Assembly: GCA_038250335.1 (NCBI GenBank)
Contig: JBBSCK010000001.1
Coordinates: 625-64,624 of the forward strand
Source of the DNA: Caulobacterales bacterium
Lineage (GTDB): Bacteria; Pseudomonadota; Alphaproteobacteria; Caulobacterales; Caulobacteraceae
DNA length: 64,000 nucleotides
Direction of reading: 5' to 3'
The notes beneath the pieces are model-generated. The model was not told where the DNA came from, made no database searches, and saw nothing but the letters and a program-made list of their open reading frames with translations. The position numbers and the translations under genes were made by a program. Below, in pieces: positions 51,548-62,455 of the stretch. The stretch's first letter is position 1. Each line of letters opens with the position of its first letter.

Positions 51548-52693
51548 TCAGGGTTCAGCCGTCCCGGGACGCGGCGGTTTGACGCGGGATGTGTGCCGCC
51601 CCGGTTGCCGGTGAGGCTGCTCAACGTCTTCATCGGCATAGGGTTTGCCATCACCGGAAAGAAGCACGGCGATCCACTTCGATCCCTTGAACTCCGCCAG
51701 GATGGCCATGGCCATGACGGCCAGGGGCGTCGACAGGAACATGCCCACGACCCCCCACATCTTGCCCCAAAGGGCCAAGGCCAGAAGGACCGCGACCGGA
51801 TCGATGTTCTGATTGTCTCCCTGCATGCGCGGCTGGATCATGTTTCCGACCACGAACAGGATGGTCTGGAGGCCGACCAGCAGGATCAGCGCCGGCCAGT
51901 AGGTCGGAAACTGCACCAGGGCGAACAGCGGCGGGGCCAGCCCAGCCACCGCCCCGCCCAGGACGGGGATGAAGCCGACCACAAAGATGATGAAGGTCCA
52001 GAACTCGGCATGTTCCAGCCCGACCACCCGCATCAGGACCCAGGCGGCGGCGCAGATCATGGCACCGGTCACGGTCTGGACCCACAGATAGCCCTCGACA
52101 CCGCCGCGCACCCTCTGGAACACACCCAAGGCCTCTGCCCGCTGCTCGCGATTGGGGAACATGGCCACGATCTTGCGCCGGAAGCCGGCCTGGGAGGCCA
52201 GCAGAAAGCCCAGATAGACCAGGACGAAGAATGAGCCGGAGGCCACGCCCTGCATCTGGAAGGCGAGGCTGGTCAGGGCACCCCGCAGATCAACGCCGGC
52301 AAGCAGTTCTTGGGCAGTGGGAGGGGCGTCCATGCCGATCAGGCTCGCGCCGTCCCGGATGATCGCGTCGATTCGCGGCCCGATATTGCTGGTCACGCCC
52401 GAGGCGTCGCTGAAGAAGTTCGCTGCCCCGTTCACGATGAAGCCAATGGCGGCGAAGAAGCCGAGCACGACCAGCAGCACCGCAGCGATGCCGGCGAGAT
52501 GATCCGGCAGACGGGTCCGTTCCTCGATGAACCGCTTCACCCCGTCGATCATGATCATCAGGAAAAGGGCCATGGCCAGCGGGGTCAGAATATCGCGCAG
52601 CCAGTAGAGCGCAGCACCCGCTGCCACCACGGCGATCATGACGAGAGCGTTGCGTGCCACGGCAGAGTGCTGGACGGCGATCGGAAGTTTCAT
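51548..52693 (-). CDS. AI-2E family transporter (PerM-like permease)
   Basis: ORF trimmed to MKLPIAVQH (ATG checked at 52693). About 8 TM segments, and the typical [17 protein letters not shown] and [14 protein letters not shown] motifs. Confidence 0.85.
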   Translation of the reverse strand: MKLPIAVQHSAVARNALVMIAVVAAGAALYWLRDILTPLAMALFLMIMIDGVKRFIEERTRLPDHLAGIAAVLLVVLGFFAAIGFIVNGAANFFSDASGVTSNIGPRIDAIIRDGASLIGMDAPPTAQELLAGVDLRGALTSLAFQMQGVASGSFFVLVYLGFLLASQAGFRRKIVAMFPNREQRAEALGVFQRVRGGVEGYLWVQTVTGAMICAAAWVLMRVVGLEHAEFWTFIIFVVGFIPVLGGAVAGLAPPLFALVQFPTYWPALILLVGLQTILFVVGNMIQPRMQGDNQNIDPVAVLLALALWGKMWGVVGMFLSTPLAVMAMAILAEFKGSKWIAVLLSGDGKPYADEDVEQPHRQPGRHTSRVKPPRPGTAEP

Positions 52694-52806
52694 GGTGCGA
52701 CTGTCGGGGCGAGGGCGGTCGGGGTCAATCGTCCATCCGGCCGTCAGGCGCGGCTGGAACACCGGGGAAGGCCCGGCTAAGCAGAACGTTCCCACGGAGA
52801 TCCTGC

Positions 52807-54321
<1,515 letters not shown>

Positions 54322-54328
54322 ACCGCGC

Positions 54329-54790
54329 TCAAACCATTGTGCCCAGCCGGGCGTTGGCCAGACCGATCAGCACACCGGTCACCTGGGAGCCCGATCCCGT
54401 CTGGGACAGCAGCTTTGACAGGTGCGGCGACAGTTTGCGGGTATCGACCAGAATCATGGCCCACCCAAGGAACAGCTGGGCCTGCACCGGCCAGCGCGCG
54501 AGGACGCGGACATTTCGGTGGCGTTCATCGAGCTCGATCGTGGCCATCAGGGCCGTCAGGGCGTCCGCGTCACCCTCAAGCACCTGAACGAAGGTTCCGG
54601 ACTGATGCGCCAGGGCTCCGGTCACTCTCTGCCGGCCATTGTTTCGGACGGAGGTCGCGACGATGGCGGACAGGTCCAGGGGCCCCTCGACAGCGCTCAT
54701 GGCGTCGCTGCGATAGACGAGGCGCTCAAGCGGGCGCTCGGTCGGGGATGTCATGAACTGGAAGGCCTGCGCGGCGAATCCGCCGTTCAT
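54329..54790 (-). CDS. short BLUF-domain blue-light FAD photoreceptor
   Basis: It aligns to AppA/PixD with all key residues present: Tyr (LVYRS), Asn (SVRNN), Gln (FVQVLEG), DERH, and Trp/Met (FLGWAM). ATG at 54790, alternative ATG at 54754. Confidence 0.8.
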   Translation of the reverse strand: MNGGFAAQAFQFMTSPTERPLERLVYRSDAMSAVEGPLDLSAIVATSVRNNGRQRVTGALAHQSGTFVQVLEGDADALTALMATIELDERHRNVRVLARWPVQAQLFLGWAMILVDTRKLSPHLSKLLSQTGSGSQVTGVLIGLANARLGTMV

Positions 54791-54827
54791 CTAGGCGCTT
54801 GGGGCGACAATGCCCAGCCTTGTCGGG

Positions 54828-55913
54828 TCAGCGCGGAACCAGCCGCCACATCCGCAGGGGGTGCCGCACCGCCCCGGCCTCCTCGCCCGCCGCCGCGCCG
54901 CGCCCGATATAGAGATCGGCGCGGACCGGCCCCCGAATCGCCGAGCCCGTGTCCAGCGCCATGACCAGACCGGAATAGCCGTGACGGGCACCGACCAGAT
55001 TGCCACCATCGGCGCGGATCCAGACCAGATCGCCGTAGGTCCACCTGGCCGGGTCCACCGCGATGGTCCGGCGTCCGATCAGGGGCACGCCCGCCGCGCC
55101 CGACGGATCGCCGCCGTCGTCCGGATCGAGCGCAAAATAGATGTAGCGCGGGTTCAGGGCGGTCACGGCGCGGGCCTCGGGCCCTCGATGCGCCGCCAGC
55201 CACGCCCGGATGGCTTCGCCGGACGTGCCGTTCTGCGGAAGCAGGCCGCGTTCGGCCATCGGTCGCGCGATGCCGACGAAAGGCCGGCCGTTGTCGGCCG
55301 CATAGGCGGCACGGATCAGGGCACCGTCCTCGAAAGTCAGATAGCCTGAGCCCTGGATCTGCATGAAGAACAGATCTTCGGCCCTCATCCAGGCGAGCGG
55401 TGTCGACGGGGGTGACCCGCGCTCGATCTCGGCGCGCTCGGGCAGCACCTGGCCACGCCTCCAACCCTCGGGCGCGGCCAGGACGGGTGTGTCGAACAGC
55501 GCGTCCGGCACACGGCGGGCGCTGTACTCCGGTGCGAAATAGGCGGTCAGCAGGCCGGGGCGGCCGTCGGCGGGCTGAGCCTCGACCACCGAAAACGCAG
55601 CTTCAAAAAAAGCGCGGGCCACTGATGGCGTTACCGGATGCGACAGTCGCCGGATTTCCCGCGCACGCTCGCAGGCACCGACCGCAGCGGGATCGCGGGC
55701 AATCTGGCAGCGATCTGAATAGGCCTCGAAAGCGGCGAGATGATCCTCGTCGGCCCAGGCCGGCAGGGTGGCGGGGCCTGGAAGATCGGGCACCGCTCTG
55801 GCCAGGGTGGCCGGCGCAGTCTCAACCGGCGCTGTGGCGCACCCGGCAAGCACCAGCAAAGCGGCCGCAAGCCCGGACCACAAGCCCACGCCCGTCCGGC
55901 CGCCCGGACGCAT
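54828..55913 (-). CDS. mltA: membrane-bound lytic murein transglycosylase A
   Basis: Lipobox LAGC. MltA-specific region (TAYFAPEY, FFMQIQGSG) and C-terminal 3D domain (AVDPARWTYGDLVWI...GLVMALDTGSAIRG). Confidence 0.9.
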   Translation of the reverse strand: MRPGGRTGVGLWSGLAAALLVLAGCATAPVETAPATLARAVPDLPGPATLPAWADEDHLAAFEAYSDRCQIARDPAAVGACERAREIRRLSHPVTPSVARAFFEAAFSVVEAQPADGRPGLLTAYFAPEYSARRVPDALFDTPVLAAPEGWRRGQVLPERAEIERGSPPSTPLAWMRAEDLFFMQIQGSGYLTFEDGALIRAAYAADNGRPFVGIARPMAERGLLPQNGTSGEAIRAWLAAHRGPEARAVTALNPRYIYFALDPDDGGDPSGAAGVPLIGRRTIAVDPARWTYGDLVWIRADGGNLVGARHGYSGLVMALDTGSAIRGPVRADLYIGRGAAAGEEAGAVRHPLRMWRLVPR

Positions 55914-56554
55914 CAGGCGTTGGCGGGTTCGACGCGGGCCAGCACCCAGTTGGGGTCGGACGCGCCCAGCGAGCGTTCGAACGTCCAGTGTTCGGCGGTG
56001 CGGCGCTCCTCAATCCGGGGCTCGCCCGGGGCTCCGGGCGTGGCCTCGGCCTGCGGCGGCAAAATCTTCGACCGGATCTCGGCGAGGAACCGGACCTTGG
56101 CCACGGCGCGATCGCCCTCGGCAGAGGCCAGCTCAAGATCGGCCCGGGGCGGAACGAGGAACTCGACCTGTTCGGTTTCGCCGCGCGTCTCACGGGCCGC
56201 GATACCGGTCTCGAAAGAGGCCAGAACGGCCGGGGTGAGCAGCGGCTTCAGCGCGCTGCGGTCGCCGGAGGCATAGCCGCGAACAATGGTTTCATAGGCC
56301 TGTCGGGCCCCCTCGATGAATTTCGCAGGATCAAAGGCCGGGTCGCGCGCCCGGAGCGAAGCGGCGGCCGCCAGCGTGGCGGCGTCCAGGCCCGGGGTCC
56401 GGGCAGGGGCCTCGGCACCGGCCGCAGACAGGGCCGGGGTGCGCGCGTCTTCCTGAGGTTGGCGGCCGACCTTCTTGCCCAGCACATTGTAGAGCTGGAA
56501 AAGGACGACGGCCGCAATGACGGCGAAGATGACGATCGAGAACTGAACCGGCAC
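55913..56554 (-). CDS. Tim44-like domain protein
   Basis: N-terminal TM FSIVIFAVIAAVVLFQLYNVLG, then the Tim44-like C-domain (FIEGARQAYETIVRGYASGD...EHWTFERS). Start placed at GTG 56554, with AGGGA 9 nt upstream. The rest of ORF 55913..57049 has no support. Confidence 0.75.
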   Translation of the reverse strand: MPVQFSIVIFAVIAAVVLFQLYNVLGKKVGRQPQEDARTPALSAAGAEAPARTPGLDAATLAAAASLRARDPAFDPAKFIEGARQAYETIVRGYASGDRSALKPLLTPAVLASFETGIAARETRGETEQVEFLVPPRADLELASAEGDRAVAKVRFLAEIRSKILPPQAEATPGAPGEPRIEERRTAEHWTFERSLGASDPNWVLARVEPANA

Positions 56555-56747
56555 GGGATATCCCTGGATGGCGTCGGACCCGGACCCGGGCGGTCGGGCA
56601 CATCGATAGCGACGATTAGGGTCAGATATAGGCGCGCGCAAGGCGACTCGCATCCGACGCGACAACGACGCCCCGTGTTGCGGCCCGTCCGGCCCGATGC
56701 TAGTCGCCGCCGCTCGCCCCATAGCCAGATCGAACGGCCCAGCCTCA

Positions 56748-57242
56748 ATGACCGATGTTACGCCCGCCGAACCCAATGGTTCCGCCCCGACCAGCCAGCC
56801 GCCCCTGCCGGGCTTCCGAATCCTGGCCCAGTACGTCAGGGACCTGTCGTTTGAAAACCCGAAGGCTCCCGACAGCCTGCGCATCGAGGGCAAACCGCAG
56901 ATCGACATGGGCGTGGAGCTGAACGCCCAGGGTCGCCCTGACGGGCTGTTCGAGGTTGATATCAAGCTCTCGATCAAGGCCGCCACGGCGTCGTTGGCCG
57001 TGTTCCAGGTCGAACTCCTGTACGGTGGCCTGTTCCAGCTCTCCGGCATCGCCGAGGCTGATATCGAGCCGCTGCTGCTGATCGAATGCCCGCGCTACCT
57101 GTTTCCCTATGCGCGCGAGATCGTCGCCCGGGCGACGGCCGACGGGGGCTTCTATCCCCCCTTCATGCTGGACCCGATCGATTTCGCCGGCATCTATTCC
57201 GCCCGCATGCAGCAGCAGGCCCAGCCCGGCGGCGCTGCCTAA
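56748..57242 (+). CDS. secB: protein-export chaperone SecB
   Basis: ORF trimmed to MTDVTPAE (ATG checked at 56748). [16 protein letters not shown]...[35 protein letters not shown] is a canonical SecB sequence. Confidence 0.95.
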   Translation: MTDVTPAEPNGSAPTSQPPLPGFRILAQYVRDLSFENPKAPDSLRIEGKPQIDMGVELNAQGRPDGLFEVDIKLSIKAATASLAVFQVELLYGGLFQLSGIAEADIEPLLLIECPRYLFPYAREIVARATADGGFYPPFMLDPIDFAGIYSARMQQQAQPGGAA

Positions 57243-57251
57243 CTTCACCTG

Positions 57252-57956
57252 CTAGGGAAGGCCGTAGCCCGCCCATAGGGACTGGTCCTTCAGCGTCGCC
57301 AGCAGGAAGGCGCGGTGTGCCGCGTCTTCGTGGGGTCGGAGCCGGGGCGCAAGCGGGCGTGGACGGGGCGCATGCCCCCCCGCTGCCGCATGCGCCGCTG
57401 CGGCCTGACTTTCACGCCGGCTGCTGAGGTCCAGCACGCGCTCCTTGCCGCCCCTGAGTTCCAGATAAACCTCGGCCAGCAACCGGGCGTCGATCAGTGC
57501 CCCGTGAAGGGCCCGGTCGACGAGGCTGATCTTGTAGCGTTTGCACAGGGCATCCAGCGAGTTGGCCATGCCCGGGAACCGCGTCTGGGCCAGCTGAAGC
57601 GTGTCGATCCAGCGGGTCTCGTGCAGCAGTGGATGGCCGCAGCGTCCGCATTCGTGGTCGATGAAATTGCGATCGAACTGGGCGTTGTGCGCGATCACCG
57701 GGGCCTCGCCGATGAATTCCATCAGATCGGCGACGATTTCGGCGAACCTCGGCGCGGTCCGGACCTTGTCGTCGGTGATGCCATGCACCCGGATGGCGTC
57801 CGCCGGGATCAGCCGCTCCGGATTGACGAGGCGGTGAAAGGTCCGCCCGGTGGGCAGCAGGTCCTCAATCTCGATACAGCCGACCTCGATCAGCCTATCG
57901 CCGGTCTTTGGATCAAAGCCGGTGGTTTCGGTGTCGAGGACGATTTCGCGGGCCAT
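57252..57956 (-). CDS. dnaQ: DNA polymerase III subunit epsilon (3'-5' proofreading exonuclease)
   Basis: Exo motifs REIVLDTETTGFDP, VIAHNAQFDRNFI and HGALIDARLLAEVYLEL. Confidence 0.95.
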   Translation of the reverse strand: MAREIVLDTETTGFDPKTGDRLIEVGCIEIEDLLPTGRTFHRLVNPERLIPADAIRVHGITDDKVRTAPRFAEIVADLMEFIGEAPVIAHNAQFDRNFIDHECGRCGHPLLHETRWIDTLQLAQTRFPGMANSLDALCKRYKISLVDRALHGALIDARLLAEVYLELRGGKERVLDLSSRRESQAAAAHAAAGGHAPRPRPLAPRLRPHEDAAHRAFLLATLKDQSLWAGYGLP

Positions 57957-57962
57957 ATTCCT

Positions 57963-58604
57963 CTAGTGGGATGTTTCGGGCCCGGCCGGAAGAGACTGGC
58001 GAGGCGGTATCCAGCCCGCTGCCAGAACAATCCCCACGATCTCGTCCACCCGAGCCCGGGCCGCCTCCAGCCCCTTTGTCGTGTCGATGACGAAGTCGGC
58101 GCGTCGGCGCTTCTCGGCATCCGGCAGCTGGCGTGAGACGATGGCCTCAAACCGCTCCGGGGTCATGCCGGACCGGGCCAGTACCCGGCGTTGCTGGGTT
58201 TGGGCATCGGCGGTCACCACGACCACGGCGTCCACCGCCTTATCCCCGCCCGTTTCGAACAGCAGCGGAATATCCAGCACAGCGAGCCGAACGCTGGCAG
58301 CGCGGGCCGCCTCAAGGACGGCCAGGCGACCGGCGGCGACCAGAGGGTGGACGATCGTCTCCAGTCGCCGGAAGGCGGCTTCGTTGCGGCCCAAGGCCTG
58401 AGCAAGCCGGGCCCGGTCCACGGCCCCGTCGACGACAACGCCGGGAAAGGCATCGCCCAAGGGCTCGACCGCCGCGCCGCCCCGCGCGTAGAGGGTATGG
58501 ACCGCCTCATCGGCGTTCCACACTAGGGCCCCGCAGTCGGCGAACATGGCCGTCGTCGTGGACTTGCCCATGCCGATCGACCCGGTCAGGCCGAGGATAA
58601 TCAC
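57963..58604 (-). CDS. coaE: dephospho-CoA kinase
   Basis: [16 protein letters not shown]-loop and [11 protein letters not shown] start overlaps the aroE stop. Confidence 0.92.
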   Translation of the reverse strand: MIILGLTGSIGMGKSTTTAMFADCGALVWNADEAVHTLYARGGAAVEPLGDAFPGVVVDGAVDRARLAQALGRNEAAFRRLETIVHPLVAAGRLAVLEAARAASVRLAVLDIPLLFETGGDKAVDAVVVVTADAQTQQRRVLARSGMTPERFEAIVSRQLPDAEKRRRADFVIDTTKGLEAARARVDEIVGIVLAAGWIPPRQSLPAGPETSH

Positions 58605-59446
58605 GGGGTCGACCCGGGCCCCGGTGCCCCCAGATGGGCGAGCAGCAGCGGTCGGGGGTCGAGATCGGGCTGCGGAACACCGAAGATGGCTTCGAACGAC
58701 GGTCCGGCCTGCCCGATCAGCATGGCGAGACCATCCACGGTCAACAGCCCCGCCTGGCGCGCCGCGCCGAGGAAGGCGGTCTCAACCGGCCGGTAGGTCA
58801 TGTCCATGACCACGGTCCCGGGGTTCAGATCCTTGAGGTCAAGCTCCGGCCGGATACTGAGGGCGTTCATCACCAGGGCGGCGCCCTCGAATGCAGACGG
58901 TCCCACAGCCACCGATACCGACGCGCCCAGATCCGCGGCAAGAGCTTGGGCCCGCTCGCGGGTGCGGTTGACGATCCGGACCCGGGCCCCGGCCCAGACG
59001 AGGGCGGCGGCAGCGGCGCGGGCAGCACCACCGGCTCCGAGGATGACAACCGTTGCACCCGGCAGGCTCAGGCTCGGGGCCTGTTCCCGCAGCGCCAGCA
59101 GCAGGCCAAGGCCGTCGGTGCTGTCGGCCAGCACCCGGCCGTCCCGAAACACCAGCACATTGGCCGATCCAGAATCCCTCGCCGTCACGGAGGCTTCGTC
59201 GCAAAGAGCGAAAGCCTGTTCCTTAAACGGCGCCGTGACATTGATCCCCGCCAGCAGACCGGCCCGGCCTGCTTCGACCAGGACGACAAAGCCGGCATGG
59301 TCCCTCGGGGCGAAGGAGGCATAGACGGCGTCCAGCTCGGCAGCGGCGATCCAGGCGTTGTGGATAATGGGGCTGAGGGAATGGGCGACCGGATTCCCGG
59401 CAATACCGCCGACCACGGCCGCCCCGGTGATCGCGACGCGTTTCAT
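58601..59446 (-). CDS. aroE: shikimate dehydrogenase
   Basis: ORF trimmed to MKRVAITG (ATG checked at 59446). [41 protein letters not shown]. The start overlaps the maf stop (ATGA). Confidence 0.9.
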   Translation of the reverse strand: MKRVAITGAAVVGGIAGNPVAHSLSPIIHNAWIAAAELDAVYASFAPRDHAGFVVLVEAGRAGLLAGINVTAPFKEQAFALCDEASVTARDSGSANVLVFRDGRVLADSTDGLGLLLALREQAPSLSLPGATVVILGAGGAARAAAAALVWAGARVRIVNRTRERAQALAADLGASVSVAVGPSAFEGAALVMNALSIRPELDLKDLNPGTVVMDMTYRPVETAFLGAARQAGLLTVDGLAMLIGQAGPSFEAIFGVPQPDLDPRPLLLAHLGAPGPGSTP

Positions 59447-60051
59447 GCGCGGATCACTCCAAAGCGGCGCAACTGGTCCAGAACAGGCCACAGCGGCATG
59501 CCGAGGACAGTGAAATAATCGCCCTCCACGCGGTCGAACAGCTGCGACCCCATTCCTTCCAGCCGGTAGCAGCCCACCGATCCGAGCAGACTCTCGCCCT
59601 CGGCCTCCAGATACGCGTCGAGAAAGCCGTCGGAGAACACGCGCATGGTCAGTCTTGCCGTGTCGGCACCGGACCAGACGATGACTCCGTCCCGGGCCAG
59701 GGCTGCAGCCGCATGTAGCTGATGGGTCCGGCCGCGCAGGTCATTGAGCCTGTCCCTCGCCGAGGCCATGTCCGCAGCCTTGGAGACCATTCTGCCCTCA
59801 ACATCAAGCGTCTGATCCGACCCGAGAACCCAGGCCTCCGGATCCCGCCGAGACAGCGCCAGAGCCTTGGCACCTGCCAGCTCCAGGGCCAGTTCTATCG
59901 GGCTGAGGTGGCCCAGTGACACCTTGAGGGCCCCCTCGTCCACGCCTGAGTCCCCGGTTACAAAGGGAACCCCGGCACCGGTCAGCATCGTGCGACGAGC
60001 CGCGCTGCGGGAGGCGAGGATCAGCTGTTGCGCCGCTGCCTTGCTCACCAA
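59443..60051 (-). CDS. maf: Maf-like nucleoside triphosphate pyrophosphatase
   Basis: LILASRSAARRTML, VLGSDQTL and GSVGCYRLEG. TTG (60051) or GTG (60048) start overlapping the upstream gene end. Confidence 0.9.
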   Translation of the reverse strand: MVSKAAAQQLILASRSAARRTMLTGAGVPFVTGDSGVDEGALKVSLGHLSPIELALELAGAKALALSRRDPEAWVLGSDQTLDVEGRMVSKAADMASARDRLNDLRGRTHQLHAAAALARDGVIVWSGADTARLTMRVFSDGFLDAYLEAEGESLLGSVGCYRLEGMGSQLFDRVEGDYFTVLGMPLWPVLDQLRRFGVIRA

Positions 60052-60914
60052 ACGGCTCCGACGCGACTGGATCGACGTTCGTTCAGAAGGTTGAGGATGG
60101 CTGCAGCCGTCTCCTCGACCGAGCGGCGGGTCACGTCGATCGTCGGCCAGCCCCGCCGTTCGAAGGCCCGCCTAGCCCGGATGGTCTCTTCGCGTACGGC
60201 GTCGGGCTCAACATAGGATGTGGCCTGGGTGGCGTTCATGACTTCGAGGCGATTGCGGCGGATCTGGATCAGCCGGTCGGGCGAGACCGTGAGGCCCACG
60301 ACCAGCGGATTCTTCAACGCAACCAGCCGTTGCCCGTCTTCCTGGCCCGGAACGAGGGGAACATTGGCGGCGCGGACACCCCGATGGGCCAGATAGATGC
60401 AGGTCGGGGTCTTGGACGTCCGGCTGACACCGACCAGAACAACGTCGGCTCCCTCCAGCTGTTCGGCGGTGCCCTGGCCATCATCATGAGCCATGGCGTA
60501 GTCGAGCGCGCTGATCCGGTTGAAATAGTCGTGGTCGAGCGTGTGCTGGGCCCCGACGCGGGTCGACAGGGCCGCGCCCAGATAGCGCGAAAGGGCCCCG
60601 ACGAGCGGATCGAGCGCGCCGATATGGGGCATATCGAGGGCGCGGCAGCCTTCTTCCAGCTGGGCCCGCAGGTCGCGGTCGACGATGGTATGCAGGACCA
60701 CACCGGGGGCTGCAGCGATCTCGCCCAGAACGCGGTCCATCTGTTTGTCAGAACGGACGAGTGCGTAAATGTGCTCGATCGGTATGACCCCATCGAACCG
60801 GGCGGTCACAGCCTTGGCCATGGCGTTCAGGGTCTCACCGGTGGAATCCGACACCAGATGGACATGAAAATAGGTCGCCAGGCGCGAGGCCCCCGCTGGC
60901 CTTGCCGGGCTCAT
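60045..60914 (-). CDS. DUF299 kinase/pyrophosphorylase (PpsR/PDRP-type regulator; RP001-type gene)
   Basis: ORF trimmed to MSPARPAG (ATG checked at 60914). FHVHLVSDSTGETL, VLVGVSRTSKTPTCIYLAHRG and RIRRNR are hallmark motifs. Confidence 0.9.
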   Translation of the reverse strand: MSPARPAGASRLATYFHVHLVSDSTGETLNAMAKAVTARFDGVIPIEHIYALVRSDKQMDRVLGEIAAAPGVVLHTIVDRDLRAQLEEGCRALDMPHIGALDPLVGALSRYLGAALSTRVGAQHTLDHDYFNRISALDYAMAHDDGQGTAEQLEGADVVLVGVSRTSKTPTCIYLAHRGVRAANVPLVPGQEDGQRLVALKNPLVVGLTVSPDRLIQIRRNRLEVMNATQATSYVEPDAVREETIRARRAFERRGWPTIDVTRRSVEETAAAILNLLNERRSSRVGAVW

Positions 60915-60969
60915 GCTCGACCCCGAAAAGGGATAATGACGTGAGGGGGGGGTTGAATGGGCTGATTCC

Positions 60970-60978
60970 TGTGGATCG
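60970..60978 (-). promoter_or_regulatory. best DnaA-box-like 9-mer (CGATCCACA on the minus strand)
   Basis: TGTGGATCG on the plus strand matches TTATCCACA at 7/9 positions. Weaker TCCCC-type candidates are at 61084-61092, 61118-61126 and 61210-61218. Confidence 0.35.
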
Positions 60979-61191
60979 GGCTGGGGGCCAAGGGCGTGCG
61001 TTCTGGGCACCAACGGCTATAGCTCGGGCCCGGCCGTCGGGCGAGCGGGACGAAGCGGGAAAGCGGTGCCGGTCTGGTGTCGATCATCCCCCGTCGCGAT
61101 TGGCGCTCGGTTCGGCCTGGGGAAATTCATAACGAAAGGTAAACGGTACCCAGACCCCGACGGCTCAACGAGCCCTTCCCGGCCCCGTGGG

Positions 61192-61206
61192 TTAATGATC
61201 TGTTAA
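61192..61206. promoter_or_regulatory. CtrA-box consensus TTAA-N7-TTAA
   Basis: TTAATGATCTGTTAA is an exact match to the Caulobacter CtrA full-site spacing. A degenerate ATAA-N7-TAAA lies at 61129-61143. Confidence 0.5.
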
Positions 61207-61417
61207 GGATTGTCCCCGTTTTGGACAGGCGGTCCCACAGGGATGCGAGGCTCAGGCACCACCTCGGGAAAAGACCGGTTCTGGCGCGTATGGAGGGTCG
61301 TCTGTCCCCGGCCTCCCGCCCCCTACTGGCTTCTTCCATTCCTTTTATGATTCTGATCAGAACAAGAGGAGCTCTCCGGGCTTGAGAGCGGACGCATCGC
61401 CCCGTAAAGCCAAGGTC

Positions 61418-62455
61418 ATGAGCACCACGCCGTCCTTGATCCGCGTCCTGCAGGGTGAAACCCTCACACGCCCGCCCGTCTGGTTCATGCGCCAGGCGGG
61501 TCGCTATCTGCCCGAATACAGGGCTCTGCGGGCCAAGGCCCCGGATTTCATCGCCTTCTGCCTGAATCCGGAAATGGCAGCCGAGGCGACGCTTCAGCCG
61601 ATGCGCCGGTTCGGGTTCGATGCGGCCATCGTCTTCGCCGATATCTTGCTGATCCCCCAGGCCTTGGGACAGGACGTCTGGTTCGAGACCGGCGAAGGCC
61701 CGCGTCTGGGCCTGATGCCGTCCGTGGGACATATGCGCGAACTGGCCACGGGTGCAGGGCAGCACCTGCACCAGGTCGGCCAGACACTTAGCCTGGTTCG
61801 TTCGCAGCTTGAGCCCGAGCGGGCCCTGATCGGTTTCGCCGGCGCGCCCTGGACCGTGGCGACCTATATGCTGGACGGGCATCACAACATGATCGGCAAG
61901 GGTGAGCGGGCCACGGCCCGGTCCTACGCCTATGCGGAGCCGGAGAAGGTCGACGCCGTTCTCGAGGTTCTGGTCGAGGCTACCGCTCACTATCTGAAGA
62001 TGCAGGCTGACGCTGGGGCCGATGTGCTGAAGATCTTCGAGAGCTGGGCCGAGGGTCTGCCCGACGATCTGTTTGAACGGCTCGTGCTCAAGCCCCATCA
62101 GGCGCTGGTCGCGCGGGTGCGGGAACTGGGTGTGACCGTGCCGCTGATCGGTTTCCCGCGGGGGTCCGCGCTTCATGCCGTGCGTTATGCCCGCGAGGTC
62201 GAGGTCCAGGGTGTGGCGCTGGATACGGCCTGTTCGCTGGAACGGGGCAGAGAGGTCCAGGCGGTCAAGCCGATCCAGGGCGCGCTGGATCCGCTGCTGT
62301 TGCGTGTCGGTGGTGCGGCGCTGGACCGCAGGGTCGATCAGCTTGTCGAGGCATGGGGCTCCGGTCCATGGATCTTCAACCTGGGCCACGGCATTCTGCC
62401 GGACGTGCCGATCGCTCACGTCGAGCAGGTCCTGAAACGCCTCGGAGCGCAATGA
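61418..62455 (+). CDS. hemE: uroporphyrinogen decarboxylase
   Basis: ORF trimmed to MSTTPSLIRVLQGE (ATG checked at 61418). RPPVWFMRQAGRYLPEYR, FGFDAAIVFADILL and IFNLGHGI. Confidence 0.95.
   Translation: MSTTPSLIRVLQGETLTRPPVWFMRQAGRYLPEYRALRAKAPDFIAFCLNPEMAAEATLQPMRRFGFDAAIVFADILLIPQALGQDVWFETGEGPRLGLMPSVGHMRELATGAGQHLHQVGQTLSLVRSQLEPERALIGFAGAPWTVATYMLDGHHNMIGKGERATARSYAYAEPEKVDAVLEVLVEATAHYLKMQADAGADVLKIFESWAEGLPDDLFERLVLKPHQALVARVRELGVTVPLIGFPRGSALHAVRYAREVEVQGVALDTACSLERGREVQAVKPIQGALDPLLLRVGGAALDRRVDQLVEAWGSGPWIFNLGHGILPDVPIAHVEQVLKRLGAQ

Larger units (their letters stand above)
60915..61417. other. candidate chromosomal replication origin (Cori-type oriC)
   Basis: 503-bp non-coding gap between the divergent DUF299 gene and hemE, with the Caulobacter Cori gene neighbourhood. 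It holds a perfect CtrA box, several DnaA-box-like 9-mers, 2 GANTC sites and an AT-rich stretch at 61331-61366. Gene orientation flips here. Confidence 0.6.

Noticed and set aside
54329-54790. First impression that the BLUF protein lacks the photoactive tyrosine (LERLVYRS versus PixD LYRLIYSS)
   Set aside because: Re-aligning to AppA (CCYRS, Tyr21) and PixD (IYSS, Tyr8) shows that the Tyr of VYRS is the conserved one. The Glu aligns with a non-essential position.
60902-61132. 76-aa plus-strand ORF inside the putative origin
   Set aside because: TTG start, no ribosome-binding site, and composition unlike the neighbouring genes. The region is better explained as non-coding origin or promoter DNA.
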